In this document: positions 1-12,990 of the stretch, in pieces | Numbering within the stretch: position 1 is the stretch's first letter | Layout of the letters: the number at the start of each line of letters is the position of its first letter | Source: Peribolospora baueri | Taxonomy: Eukaryota | DNA: 64,000 nucleotides | Assembly (NCBI GenBank): GCA_029717555.1 | Contig: JAMDHS010000041.1 | Coordinates: 1-64,000, forward strand | Direction of reading: 5' to 3' | Program-made: the position numbers and the translations under genes | Notes under the pieces: model-generated | What the model saw: only the letters and a program-made list of their open reading frames with translations | Database searches by the model: none | Told to the model about the DNA's origin: nothing

Positions 1-3
1 AAG

Positions 4-41
<38 letters not shown>

Positions 42-125
42 GAAACGAAACGAAACGAAACGAAAAGCGAAAAAACGAAAAAACGAAAACAAAAAAAACA
101 AAAAACAAAAACAAACAAAAACAAA
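1..125. repeat. Poly-A / (CGAAA)n / A-rich low-complexity tract
   Basis: About 40 nt of nearly pure A, then several CGAAA units and AAAAC-type repeats. Reads as a T-rich tract on the minus strand, downstream of the RGS gene. Confidence 0.85.
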
Positions 126-1336
126 GGATGGGGGCCCCATTCCGTCCATTCCATTCCATCATGCCATGCGCGCGAGACCTGCATCTCGTCGTCATCGTCC
201 ATCCACTCCACTCCGCGCGCTCTGCTCTCCCCGCTCGTTCCGTTCTCGTTCCTGTTCCATGCACCCTCTTCTCTTTCCTTCCTTTCCTTTCCTTTCCTTT
301 TTCTGCGCGCCGCCGCACACGATCGACGAACCCCCCACTCCCCGCTCACACGTTCCTTTCCTTTCGAAGCAGGCAGGCACGTCTATTAGGATTATTAGAT
401 GGAAGGTCGGGGGCAACAACGGGGTAGGGTTGGGAGGCGGGGTAGGGAGAGGAGAGCCGGCCACCGCGGTCGACGGGGGGCACAAGACGAGACGCGACGA
501 AATGAGATGAGATGGAGAGGGAGAGGGAGAGGGGGAAAAAGGGTCGTAAAGCGACGTAAGAGCGTGGCGTAACAAGCGTCGGATCCGGTTCCGAGGCGTG
601 GAGCATGAAGGAGGGCCGTATCGCGAACGGAAAGGGGGGCATGTAGGCCATGGATAGACGGATGGATGAAGCGAACAAGGTGAGGAAAAGAGGGGCCGAC
701 GAACTAAAGGGGTGCATAGCGACAAGACGAGACAGCACGCGACCGGACGTGCGTCGAAGGCGTCCGGAGACGGAAGGAGGGAAGAAAAAAAAAGATAGCA
801 TAGGTTGAATGGGTAAAAGCGAACGAGCACCGATGGCGGTCAAAAAAAACGACGAAATAAGGGGACTGGACGAGTAACACGGGGCCGGACGAGACGGGAC
901 GAAAACACGAGGGGTACCTGGCAACAGAAGGGAAAGTTGGGGAAGAGAGGGGGCGAATCCGAAGCCTGCGGGAGGGGAAAGAGGATGGAGAACGGACACG
1001 AGCAAGGCGAACATACGTTGGAATGGCCTTGACGACGACATGGTGCGGCGAGAAAGAAGAAAGAGAAAAAAAGCAGAGGAGGCGAGATGCAAGCAGGGGG
1101 AAACCGATGGTCGCAGCCGAGTCCGCAAAGAGCGGGTTGCGGAAGAGCACGTCGTCACTCTGGAGACGAACGTCGATGGCGATGGCGATGGACGATGTCC
1201 ACCAGGCCGGACCGGAGAAGGAAAAGATCGACCGCGACGTCGGTCCGCAAGGCAAAGGCGACGAAGACGAGGAGAAGGAGGAGAGACGAGCGCGGAGAAG
1301 ACGAAGCGAGGAGCAAAGCGAACATCTCCGTGGTCT

Positions 1337-3647
1337 TCACTGTGCCGTACCCGGCGCGTCCTCGCGCCCTGCACCGCCTCCTCCGCCGCCGCCGCCCCCT
1401 GGCTTCTTCGATCTCTCTGAGCCGACGTTGAGCTTGTCCAACGTGTCTTTGCTGATCGGCGGCTGGAGGGACCCTGGTGTGGGGTCGGCCCGACCGGCCT
1501 CGAGAGCCTGGAAAAAACGGAGAAGAAAAGGAACGGGCGCAGGTCAGCGCGCCGATCGAGGACAGACACTAACTAACGAATAAAAGAAAGACGGACGAAC
1601 GGACGCTCACTTCGGCATACTCCTCCACGCTCCTCACCAGGCCGAGGAACCTGGCGTCCTTGATGAACCTCGGCACAGAGTCGGTGGCCATGAGCCGGAA
1701 GATGTGATCTTGGATGCGCTCGTACAACCGGACCATCGTTTGCAACTGGCTGGCGTGCAACGGCGCCTTGCCGTACCCTTGACGATGGGCATCGACGTCG
1801 CCGCCGGCGCCGGCCAGCAGCTTTTCCCTGTCGTCCATCGCGCCGGACTGGGCGTTCTGGGAGACATCCTGCTTGTTGGCGATGGACGCCTCGGCGAGCG
1901 TCTTGGTCATGTAGGTGACAAGCTCGGATCGGAGGTTGTGCTCGATGTTGAGCTCGCACGGCGAGGCGGGGGCAAGGTAGGTGTTGTAGATGAGGAAGGC
2001 CATGCCGATCAGGTCCTGCTGGTGCTTCTCCATCGCCGAGAATCCGGTCTCCTTCTCCCCCTCCCGATTGCCCTTGATCACCTTTTTGAGCGGAGCCACC
2101 TTGGGCTCGGGCCGGCTGACGGCGATGGCGGAGGAGGTGGTGTGGAAGCGCCGCTTAAAGTCCTGGACGTCGAGCCAAAAGGAAAGGTTCTCCTCGCAAA
2201 AGTTTTGCTTGAGGAACTCGCGGAACAGGCTCCGCAACGCGGGCTCCTCGAGGATCTGCTTGAGCCGGTTGGTGTTGGAGTCACGGGTACTGTAGACGCC
2301 AGCGGAGCTGTCGTAGTAGTCGTTTCGCATGTGATCCGCCTGCGACGTCCTTCGCTGGAGGCCGCGGTGGTGGATGCGGGTGCGGTCGGACATCTGGGAC
2401 CCGTTCTCCTCGTCGCTCCCCGCGCCGCGGTCGTCGCCGATGGACTTGCGTGGCGGGATGGCGACGACGGGAGAGGAACGTCCTCCTTGGGGGATAGACG
2501 GGAACGACGTGTCGGTCGGCTGTAGGTAGCCGTCCCAGCGAGCGACCCACCTGCCCTCGTCGGTCAAGCCGTAGATGGCCTTGTACACGCATCGGAACTC
2601 GCCCTGGTCCGAACCGGGCCTGCCGGGGATGGGCTCGCCGCGGACGACGATGGTGGCCTCCTCGTACTCGTCCTTTCGGGACCGGTCGTCGACGAGGCGG
2701 ATGAGTCCGAGGCGTTGGAAGTGGGCGGCGACCTCGGCGGCCTCGTCGCGACCGCAGATGGTGGTGAAGTCGCAAAGCCAGTCGAGGGCGGCGACGGCAG
2801 CAAAAGTATGTTTGATGATGGTCACCTTTCCCTTGCGCTTCTCCTGCACGTCCTGCATCTCCACGCCCATGGTTCGGTCAAAGTCGCCGTCGGTGGAAAA
2901 GCTGCCGGGCTTGTCCTCGCGCTGATAGGGATAGTTGGGGACACGGCCGACGAAACGACGGAAGATGACCTCGACGACGGCGCGGTTGACGAGCAGTTCG
3001 TCGTCGGATGTTCGTCGCTCGAGGTGGAGGAGCTTCATGCAAATGGGCTGGGACGCGAAGACCTTGAGGAGGTGTTCGCCGTTGATGCCGTTCTTGGTGA
3101 TGAAGCGCTCGAGGATGTGGAGGCCCTTGGGGGTGAGGACGTAGACGCCGCGGTCCTTGAAGACGCTGGACGTCAAGTCAGCGGCGTTCTCAATGAGCCG
3201 GGCGTCCATGAAATGTTGGCAGATGCCCTTGGCCATGTCGCGGTTCATGCTGAACGTGGTGGTGGTGGTGGTGGTGATGACGCGGCTCGGATCCCTGGGG
3301 TCGGGGCTCCGGTTGGACTGGGAGAACTTGAGGGCGGACAGGTTCTCTGCGGCCTCATCGGTGGTGAAGGAGTTGGGGTAACTTTTGAAATATTGTCGGT
3401 GGGTGGTGAGTTGGAGAGAGACGATGAGCGTAGCGAAGAGGTCGTGGGTGTCCTGGAGGAATGGGGAGGGGGGTGAGCGGAAGACAAGGGAAGGACCGGG
3501 CGGGTAGACTGGCAGGCTCACCTTGCAAAATGGTCGCCCCCGCCTTGTTGTCTTCATCATCCGACTGCTCGTCTGCTGCCTACCCCTGTCACTCGACGTG
3601 TTCTGGCTGCTGCCCAACGAGTCATTGGACGCCTGTGGGTTGTTCAT
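1337..3647 (-). CDS. flbA: Regulator of G-protein signalling, fungal FlbA/Sst2 type (two DEP domains + RGS domain); 2 exons
   Basis: 692-aa ORF with DEP motifs (YFKSYPNSFTTDEAAENL, FSMNRDMAKGICQHFMDARLIEN, AALDWLCDFTT) and an RGS box (LKQILEEPALRSLFREFLKQNFCEENLSFWLDV...IYNTYLAPASPCELNI...LMATDSVPRF). A GTGAGC..CAG intron at ~1610-1508 leads into a terminal exon ALEAGRADP...GTAQ* ending at 1337. Confidence 0.92.
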
Positions 3648-6042
3648 CTCGAGGGAAGGGGGGGCGACTACGAGGGGGCCGTCGGCGTCGACGTCGGCGT
3701 CGGTGGGACGAGGGGGACGGGGGGGGACCGGCGACGCGGGAGGGAGAGGAGGGTGAGGCGACGCAGGCGGCGGGGGGGGTGGGGGTGGGGGTGGGAGTGC
3801 GGTGGGTGGGCGAACGGAGGGCGATGAGGAGGAGGTGTGGATGGCGAGGAGGAGATGGAGATGGTGGTGGTGGTCGTGGTCGTGGTCGTAGTCGTAGTCG
3901 TTGGCGGTGAGCGGGCGACGGACGGACGGCGGCGACGGCGACGGCGGGGCGGCGAGGAGAGGGAGAGGGAGAAGTGGCGGCGGGCGGAATTGCGGCCGAG
4001 GGAAAAAGACTGGAAAGGGAGAAAAGCCACGCGACGTCGAGCGAGGTGGACAGACAGGCCAACAGCGGGACGCTTAGTCCGACCGTCCGACCGCCAGCCA
4101 GTCAGTCAGTCACCGCCCATCACAACCGCAGCGGCAAAACGGAATAAAGGAAGGGATGAATGAAATAAAGGGGAAAAAACAAAAACAAACGGAAACGACA
4201 AAAGAAAGGCAAAAATGACGAAAAAAAAAAAAGCACACACGCGCGCTCGAACGCCTGTTTCCGGTCGCTGTCCGTCCGACTGTCCGACCGGCCCGACCGG
4301 CCGACGGACTGCCTGGTCTTGAGACACCCTTGCCGACTCCTCACCACGCCGCCGCCTGCTTTCGATCCTCTTCTCCTCTCAGTGTATGTACAAACGCCAA
4401 GGGCAGGGACAAGAAAGGGCAAGGGCAAGGAGCGGGAGCGGGAACATCGACAGTCGGCCGTCGCGACCGCGGCTGTCATCCATGTGCATCCCGTCGCAGT
4501 CGCCGCACCGCCGCCGGGTCGCGCCGTCCGTCCGTCGTCCCACGCTTCACCGGGCGATGATGATGGATGGTTGGGTAAATGAATGGAAAGGAAACAAAAC
4601 AAGGGGAAAGAGGGGAGGGGAAGGGAGAGACGACACGAAACGAAACGAGACGAGACGGGCGGACCGGACGCCCCTACTGGCCTAGCCGTGCCTAGCATCT
4701 ATCTCGATCTCGACGGCTGCGCTTGCCCAAGGCAATATTTCAAAGACGCGGCTCGCGGCTCTCTTTCTTTCGCCCTCGCCTCGCCGTTCCCGGTGGCTGT
4801 GCATGCTCTCGTCTGAGCGGCGTCGTCGTCGTCATCGTCGTCGTCGTCGTTGTCGTTGTCGTCACACCGGTCAGACGGTCTGACTGGACCGTCCAGTCAA
4901 CAAAGGGAAGCTGCCACATTGGACGTATAGCTATCCATTACTTGCTGTGACTGTGGAAGCCCCATAGCATAGTTAGGGTGTCACTAACTGAGATAGACGG
5001 ACGGACACAGAGGCAGGCCAGACAAGACAGACCCGACAGCGAGCGTTGGCTAACTAGCTAGCCAAGCAAGGCACGTAACGCCCACACGGGCCTCGAGACA
5101 CGTTTGCACAGCGCCCGCGCCCGCGCCGATGCGTCCGCCTCCGCCTCCCGAGGGACGGGCGAACAATAGGGCCCGCTCTCGAGATGAATGGCAGTACACC
5201 TTTGGGATTGGGGGGATGACGGATGGAGGGAGGGGATGGGCGCGGATGGACGGATGAAGAACTGGGCTGGGCGGACGACCGATGACCGACGACCGACGAC
5301 CGACGACCGACGGACCGACCGACTGGCCCATCCATGCCATGACCCCTTCTCCTTCCTCCTCTTCGCAATGCCATACACGCATGGAAATCGGTGCATGGAC
5401 GGGGTTCTTGCCAAGTTAAGGACGTGCGAGCCCGACGACGACGACGGAAAAGTTAGATTGGACAGCGTTGGTAAAACAGCGCTACAGCATGAGCTCGTGG
5501 GCCTTCTTACAATTCGTGTCGAACCCGCTCTGCACAGCCATTCCAAGCCACCCCCTTCCTTCTTCTTCCACTTGCCCCATCCCCATCCCCACCCGGATGC
5601 CCCGTCGGCGTCAGATACTGTACTCGGGCGCGTTTCAAAGCGCAGCGTGGCCGCCACGCGGACCCGACCCTAAGCCGACCCTAAGCTAAGCTAAGCATGC
5701 ATATGTATGCCCGTCGTCGACGCCCACGTGCGCCCCGCGTCATGCCCGCTCGCTGCTCTCCGGGAACCGTCGCGGCGTCTGTCTCTCTCGCCTCGCCGAC
5801 GTCCCCGTTCTCTCTTTCTATCTCTTCCTCCTCCCCCGCTTCCTTCTTCGCTCGGACGGCATGGCAACGACACGAATGAAATGAAAAGAAACGAAAAGAA
5901 ACAACGACGTGCGGGGAGCGCCCGCCGTGGGCGGGGCGGACCATAGGCGACGACCACACTGCGTTGCGTCACTCGTCGCCCGCCGCTCTCGTAAGCACCG
6001 TCTGTCCGTCCGCCGGCAAGCGTCCACGCGCACGCCGCTCAC

Positions 6043-6143
6043 AGATAGAGATAGTAGGTGGGTAGGTAGGTAGGTAAATAGATAGATAAAGGTAGATAAA
6101 GGTAGATAAAGGTAGATAAATAGATATAGAGAGAGATAGATAA
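6043..6143. repeat. Compound microsatellite (GGTA)n/(GATA)n/(AGGTAGATAA)x3
   Basis: Directly visible tandem units in a long intergenic region. Confidence 0.85.
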
Positions 6144-8379
6144 GTAATACGGCTGCACACTTCCCCTCCTCGGCACTCTACAAACCGCATTCAAACCCGT
6201 CTACCCCGCGCGTGAAAGACAGACAGACGGCGTCAGCGGGAAAAAAGAAGAGAAGAAACCGACCCCGCTCGCTCGCTACTCTATCCATCCTGTCCCTTAT
6301 GACCCCACCGCACCGACGAGGCATGGATGGAGGAAGCGAAGTCGAATGGTGGAGACCGATGCCGGTCGTGCGGTACAACGGCCACGTAGATGGGCAGACG
6401 AGACGAAACGCGCCCCTAAAACGAGCGACGGTGGGACGAATATCGACACGACATGACCGCCGCGATGACCATGACCGGTAAGCGTCGGCATCGACAGCCA
6501 GCGACGGCGAGAGCGACAAGCGACTCGCAGTACACTTGGTCCAAGCTGGGCGAACCCCTACTTAACTCTGCCCCTCCTCTCGTCTCCCTCTCTCTCACCT
6601 CGGTGCCACCGCCGACAAGACCTGTCACGCCACCCTCGCGTGACATCTCCAACGTAGTTCAGCCGCTTAGGACATCCGTCCGTCGACGCCATTGCTCACT
6701 TCCTTCCTCCCTGTTTTTTCTCCAGGCTTCGAAATAGTTTTTTTTTTTCGCCCATCGGGTTGGGGGGAGAAACAAACAGTATACAGACAAAACATCTTCT
6801 TCCCTTCCTTTACCATTTCCTTTCGCAGCAGCACCTCGCCATCAGTGAGCCGCGCTCGACGCGACGCGACGCGACGTCCCCCTCCTTCCTCCTTCCTCCT
6901 TCCTTCTCCCTTCCCCCCGGGATCCCTTGACGCTGGTTCGATGACGTGTAACACTACAACAGCTGCGCACAGCGCCCGTTCGGAAATGCTCCTCGCGCGG
7001 ATCATACGGTGCGCCGCGACGTGACGGCCTTGGTTCGAGCTCGATGATGCGCCTGATGAATTCAGACGAGACGAAGGAATGGATCATATACCCGAGGTAA
7101 AAAAAGCTGACGGTGTAGAACCAGCCAGACAATTATACGTAGATTCGACGACTCGTCCCACCAATGCGCGACAAACTCAAAGTTGGCAGACCCTATCCTC
7201 TCGCGGCATATGACGCCGTCGTTCGCGAGCTCTTTGACGACAGGTCCTTCTAGCATACCACTGCGAACATGGCGAGCTCTCGTCCCTGCAGACTGTCTAG
7301 CTAGTCATGGGTGCATACAGCGCAGGTTAAGTCGTCGGGTCGTCGACTTTACGTCCATGCGAGCGGCGTCGTGGGAGGAGGGAGATGGGATGGGTAACCG
7401 AACCGGTCGAGTGGCTAGCCGTGGCGCACCGAGGAGCACATCTTCGTGGGCATGACGAAGCAAGGACAGACTAGACTATCTGACGAGGCCCTCGTCTTTT
7501 ATTCCAGACACTTGAAATGGGCGCACCCGTCGTCGATATGACCTCTCCTCCTTCCCTTCCGTCCGTCCGTCCGTCTGCCCATTCTAGCCCATCGCTCGTC
7601 AGGAATAATCCCGGTGCCCGATACGACGCTTCACCTGTCTCGTCGCGCGCAATTTGCCGGCGAACCCTTCGTTTTGTTTTCCACCTTGCTGGAGACGACC
7701 ACTGCCTACGCTCTGACGAGGAGGTGCGAAAAGGGTTTGCAGTCTCGTCGTCCGACGGGTACGGGCGGCGAACGTGGACGAGGAAGGGCCACGGAAGTTG
7801 AGCGTCACAACAGACCTCGCGCGGACGACGTTGGCGTGCACACAAGGTGATCCGATCGATTCTACATCCATCGCCATCGCCTCCGGTCTCCTTGTCGTGT
7901 CATGGATCGTACCGGCGATGGATTATGCATCGACCCAGTACATCCGTCCTCCCACGCTGCCACCGCTCCTGCCGACTTCCAACGCTTTCCGTACGGTGAG
8001 CCCTGGCGGGGCCAGCCGCGCCGTGAGAGTATCTATCACAAGTCTTTTTTTCTTCTTTTTTCTCCACCGCTTCGTACGCGGCTGATCGTTCGCCAGCTCA
8101 GGGGGCACACGACGCAAGCGAGAAGAAGAAGGCAGGGGGCCTGCTAGCCTATCTATCTCTATACCTTGATCGCATCGTCGCGCGCTTCATCACAAATGCC
8201 GGCTTAGAAAACTCTAAGGCGGATTCCCGTGCTTTGAACCTTATATTTCTTGGCGACCACCGTCGTGTCGCGTCGATGATGGGTCATGGGTAGGTATGTA
8301 CGTACACGCGCACAGCCATTGCAAAGTCCACGACGAACGACCACCACCTCCATTCCGGAGTTCCCCCGTTTCGTGTCCC

Positions 8380-9269
8380 TTAAGTACCCGGCTGCTTGGG
8401 CCTGGACGCCTCATATGCGTTCACACCACCAGCAATGCCGGCACCGACAGCTCCCGTGGCTCCAAACATGGTGGCGTACCCCGCATACCTCCCCCATTTG
8501 TTCACGTCGGGCTGAGTGGCCAGCCTCCCCGCCCTCGGGAGCATAAGGATGTCCGGGATCTCTTCGTGAAGGCTGCGTCGCGATGTCTCCAACGCGTTCA
8601 CGCCAATGCCGCGGCCCGCCAGGGCAACAGGGGCGCCCCCACCCACGCCGGTGTACGCTCCAATCCTCTTCCACTTGTGCGCGTCGGCCTCGGGCATGGG
8701 ACGAAGTCCCTGGGCCCTCGCGGCGGGGCGTTCCAAGGCGCGTGCCTCGACCTCGTTGTAGACGCTACGAGCTTCCGGGGAGTCGAAGAGCTGGACGTCG
8801 TACCGCTTCCCGTAGACGTCCTCGTACTCGTCGAAGGCTCGGCGCGACTTGTTCTTCGCATTGTTAACGGCACCGGCGGCCAAGAGGCCAGTCCCAGTAA
8901 ATCCGGCGACACCGGCAGCGAATCCGGCCGTGGTCCATCCCTTGTTGGCTATCACGCCCGTTTTGTGCGTATCCGATTGATCCGCCGCAGGCGCAGGCGC
9001 AGGCTCCGGGCGCACGTGGGACGGCGGGTTGAATTCACTGAAGGGCCGCGAGAAGTTCGGGACATCGCTTCGGAGTACCTGTCCCATGGCATGGCGCAAA
9101 GGGACGGAGCAAGGTCAGTGACTTGGGGGGACCCTTCAGAGCACGAGATGGTCCAAGAGCTGGCGCTTACCGTCTTGTAGTCGTTCGCATCCCTAGGCAT
9201 GTTGTACCCCATAGGGGCGGCGGTGGCTGACGCCGCCAGAAGAGAGAGTAGGAAGACGAAGGCCCTCAT
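8380..9269 (-). CDS. Secreted repeat-containing peptide precursor (Kex2-processed repeat protein-like); 2 exons
   Basis: Signal peptide MRAFVFLLSLLAASATA-AP. A GTAAGC..CAG intron at ~9170-9079 joins it in frame to the 8380-9099 ORF. Three Gly/Ala-rich hydrophobic repeats ending VN[A/N]..SR are separated by acidic spacers with RR/KR sites. Confidence 0.8.
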
Positions 9270-10742
9270 GTTGAAGGAAAAGAGATAAAAGAAGTCGAAG
9301 TTGGTTTGAAGAGGGTGACGTAGACCAGCTACGAAAGGAGAAAGATAGCAGAGGAATCGGCTCCAGGCCAGCGTCGAAGGGAAAGGAGGTTGGGAGAAGG
9401 AGATGGTGGGGGGAGGGCGTAGAGCACAAAGAAGGAAAGACACCTCCGGCTTAAATACGTGTGTGTCGTGCGAGCTCGGGGCCGTGCGAGGGTCACACGA
9501 CGGTCCGGTCCGGCGCGAATGTCGTACGAGTCCAGTGTCGCGCAGTGAGTGGCGCCGCCAAGCCTCCGACGGAGGTCGGCGTCTGGGGAGACGCCACGCC
9601 GCCGGCCGCACCGACTGGCTCCTCATCCAGGCCTCCCCCACGGCCTGGACCGGCCCGCGGGGGATCATTGCATGCTCCCATCGGTAATCGGAAGATCGAG
9701 TGCTATCGGCCTGCTAAGCGCCGCCATCGCGCGCCGGTCAGTTCCGTCGGGGCGCTCTTCTTCCTTCCGCTTGGTGTCCGTTCGATCCGAGGGGACGCTC
9801 GGATGACCCTGGTGGCCACCACGGTCGTAAGATCGCGGCGTTCTCCTTCCGTCCCCCACTGTGCTCCCGCCTCTCCCTTTACTGCCCTTCCCGCCTATCA
9901 GAGCATCCTCGCAATCTCTTCGCGAATATGCTCGCTCTCGACGTAGCCAGTAAGGTGTCGTCCTGTTATCCTTTGCCCGGCTAGCCCACCGCACGCCCGA
10001 GTCCTTTGCAGGACGGACACCAACCTTCCCTCTAAGCTCCACTCACTCGAGGATACGAACCCAGACGTCACCCAGAGCCAACGTCGGCCCGCTCTAGGAC
10101 ATTATACGAATTTGACTCTCTGAGCTCCACATGAGCATATGACTTCGTCCTTTACGCGCAGCCAACGCCAGCCCGCCCAGCGGCATATTGCGAATGCTTA
10201 AAACGATTTATCCGGGTGGGCTTGCTGGCTGGCGATCGGTTTTGCCGGAATACTTTCGCCGACGTGGGCGGTTGCGCTCGGAGCCTACCTAGTATTCGAG
10301 GGGGACCGCGGTCGCGTGCACGCAATGTAGACCATTGCTGCGCCGCTACGGTACCCGTCGTGCGTCATGCCTACCCGTTCGGTCGACATACCTACCGCCA
10401 GTCATCGGCGACGGAAGGGGTCGTCTAAGACGCCGTCCGTCTCTACCGCAACGACCGCACTTCTAGCCCGCCATACAGGGACGGCGACTTGTCCACGGAG
10501 CCGCCTACGCGCCGCTCTTCCAGAACGTCAACTCACTTCCCAGTGCGTGGTCCCATCGCGAGTCGTCACCCGAAGGCTCGCAGCGCTGGACTTGGGGAAC
10601 CAGCCACAACGATGTCCATCTCTCTCCCAAGTGTACAACTGTAGGATGTGCACGCACCTCACAGCGAACAGATAATACACTCGCGCGACCGCCGTTCATG
10701 ACACATGTGGAAGACATGTGACACATGGAAGACATGGACGAT

Positions 10743-12856
10743 CTAACGCCACACCCTCTCCTCTAACTTCCTCCTCTCTACCGCCCACCTCCTCACATCC
10801 TCCGTCCCGCGTCCCGCGCCCTCCTCGGTCACGTACGCGGAAACGTACCGGGCGGGAACAACCTCGAAGTAAAAGTTGCGCACGCGGACCACGTCGCTCG
10901 ACAGTCGGTTCCGGTCCGCGTTCGCGTCCGAAACGGGGGACGCGCGTTCGGACGCTGTTATGATGGAGGTGAGAGTGGACTCGGGCAAGTTTGCTCGCCA
11001 GGAAGGGAAGAGTTCGTCTGGCGCCTTCTCTTCCAGCTCCACCGCCTCCTCACCCTCCTCTCCTCCAACGTCACCACTGCGGCCTCCCCAGATCTTGTCC
11101 TTCCGGCTCACAACGATCGACCTCCCCCGTCGCCCGAGCGACGCCAGCAGCTCCGAACCTGCCCAAGCGGCCGCGAGCGAGCCCACCTTGTTGACCACGT
11201 CCCCTGAGGGCAAGATCCGGTCAGCGCCGAGTAGAACCACAGTGTCGTACTGTGTGCGCCATCGCTCGCCAAACGGCGAGGTCAGGATGGCGGCACAGAT
11301 GGCGGCATCGGTGACGAGCGACAAGCTGACCTGACGTCCGTCGCTCCGCGGGTCGGCGTTCCCCTCCCCTCGTTCAGAAGGCAAGCGACACCCTCGCACC
11401 ACCTTGCCCAAAGCATCCATGAGACGCACGCCTTCGTTCAGCGGCCTGCTCTCCGAAACCGTGATGTGAACCCGTGCGGGCAGAGGCGACTCGGAGAGCG
11501 GGTCCCACGAGGCGGAGGGGGGGAGCATGAGGCGGATGAGCCGGGAAAGGACCGCCAGAGTGGCCGAAGAGAAGGAGGTGGTAAAGATGTGCACGCCATC
11601 TGTTTCCCGACGAGAAGGAGGACTCGAAGTCGTCCCCTCCCGCGCTCGCGTCTCATCAAGAATCACTCGGATGGCGTGCTCGGCCATCCTCTCCCCTTTC
11701 ACGTTCCCTTCCTCTCTCACTTCTCGCACGGCTTCCTTGACTCGCTCGACCGCTTCCTCGGCCGTCGACGGCCCTCCATGTTCTGAAAGAGCTACGGTAA
11801 GTCCGGCTTTATCGAGGGCCGAAGAGAGCACATAAGACAGAGAGGCGGCCATCGAGGGTCGTGCAGCGACGACATGGTGCGCAACGCCCAAGAGCGTCTC
11901 CTTGAGATCAACGACACTAGCGCTGTTGTTGGCATGTGCCTCCGAGTCGCTCTCAATATGGGCCCCCTGCTCACCGGCTCTACGATCGCCCTCCTGTCGA
12001 GCGCGAAGCCATTCCTCTGCCGCCAGGACGAGTGTGGTAAGTGCGTTGTCGGCCATCTGCTGTGCCCCGCTCTCGTGGTCGTGCTTGATGTCCTCCAGCG
12101 CCCGGCTCACTCTTGAAGGAAGCCAGACGCCACGGAACCCTGTACGGTAAAACGGGATCTGCCCGGTCGACATACAGAGCAAAGAACGACGAGAAAGCAT
12201 GTAGAGGTCAAGTCACGCTCTCCTGTTCCGTCAGGCGAGCGAAAAGATGGGTGTGAATGAGAAGGAGACAGAGATGATGCACCTTGAGTACCGAAGGAAC
12301 CGCACGTGCCGACACTGGCACCACTTCCAAGCCGCGCTCACGCACGGCGCGAGTAAAGTCCTGCATATCTTCGGAGTTAACACTGAGCAGAGCAGGAACA
12401 ACCGTCCCGCTCGGTCCTCCGTGCAGAGGGCGGCCGAGGCGCACAAGATTTAGATGAGGAAGGGAAGTCGATCGACCGCCAGCCTGGTCTGACACCAGTC
12501 GGTTGAGCGTACGCTCGGCCGCTGCAAGAGCACTTTTTCCCTCGTCATCGTCCAAAATGCCTTGCTCTTCTGGTACTGCATCGTCCATCAAAGGACCGGG
12601 AGGAGTGACACCGGCGACGCACCGGAAAAGATAGATCGTGTCTGCGTCGTCCGCGTCGCCATCGTGAGACTGCGACCGGCGAGTAGGCGCTGCCCGCTCC
12701 AGAAAGAAAAGGTATGATGATCGCTGGCGCTGTGTTTGGGAGTACATGATGAGGATAGAGTCACCGCATTCTTCTGTTCGTCCTGGGTAAAACCCTAATG
12801 GAATCCGATGACTAACATACGCATTCCAAGCATCTGCGAACAAATATGTCGTTCAT
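10743..12856 (-). CDS. IF-2B (eIF2B alpha/beta/delta, NagB/RpiA-fold) family protein with N-terminal extension
   Basis: Motifs DHESGA..A, ARPSMAA, TTSFSSA, VSESRPLNEG, VTDAA, VLLGADRI...GDVVNKVGS, VRNFYFEVVP..YVTEEG. The upstream ORF 12208-12843 joins via a GTGCAT..CAG intron (~12282-12159). The start at ~12856 is uncertain. Confidence 0.8.
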
Positions 12857-12990
12857 CTCCGCCGAGTCCGATCTCCATCCGTTACCCCGATAAGCGGAGA
12901 GTTAGGGTTAATCGCCGCCGCAGCGATCCTCTCGCGCCTTACCTACCGCCTTCCACCCTCCTTTCCCTTGGTCGCCACCACCATTCGGAA

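Noticed and set aside
1..125. A-rich start as a telomere or retroelement poly-A tail
   Set aside because: No TTAGGG-type repeats and no adjacent reverse-transcriptase sequence; simple low-complexity DNA like other tracts in this window.
128..1336. Several long overlapping ORFs (e.g. 346-1569 minus, 192-830 minus)
   Set aside because: Low-complexity Ser/Pro/Arg/Phe translations typical of GC-rich UTR or intergenic DNA; only 1337-1507 is explained, as the last RGS exon.
3650..6900. Many short ORFs and repeats (GAC, GTC, GACA, CTAAG units) upstream of the RGS gene
   Set aside because: Simple-sequence-rich 5' UTR or promoter DNA with no recognisable domains and no regular repeat-spacer structure, so not a CRISPR-like array.
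9940..10700. Compositionally odd intergenic stretch and a small ACACATG(T)GGAAGACATG duplication near 10700
   Set aside because: No interpretable translation or terminal structure could be found by eye; insufficient support for a TE relic.
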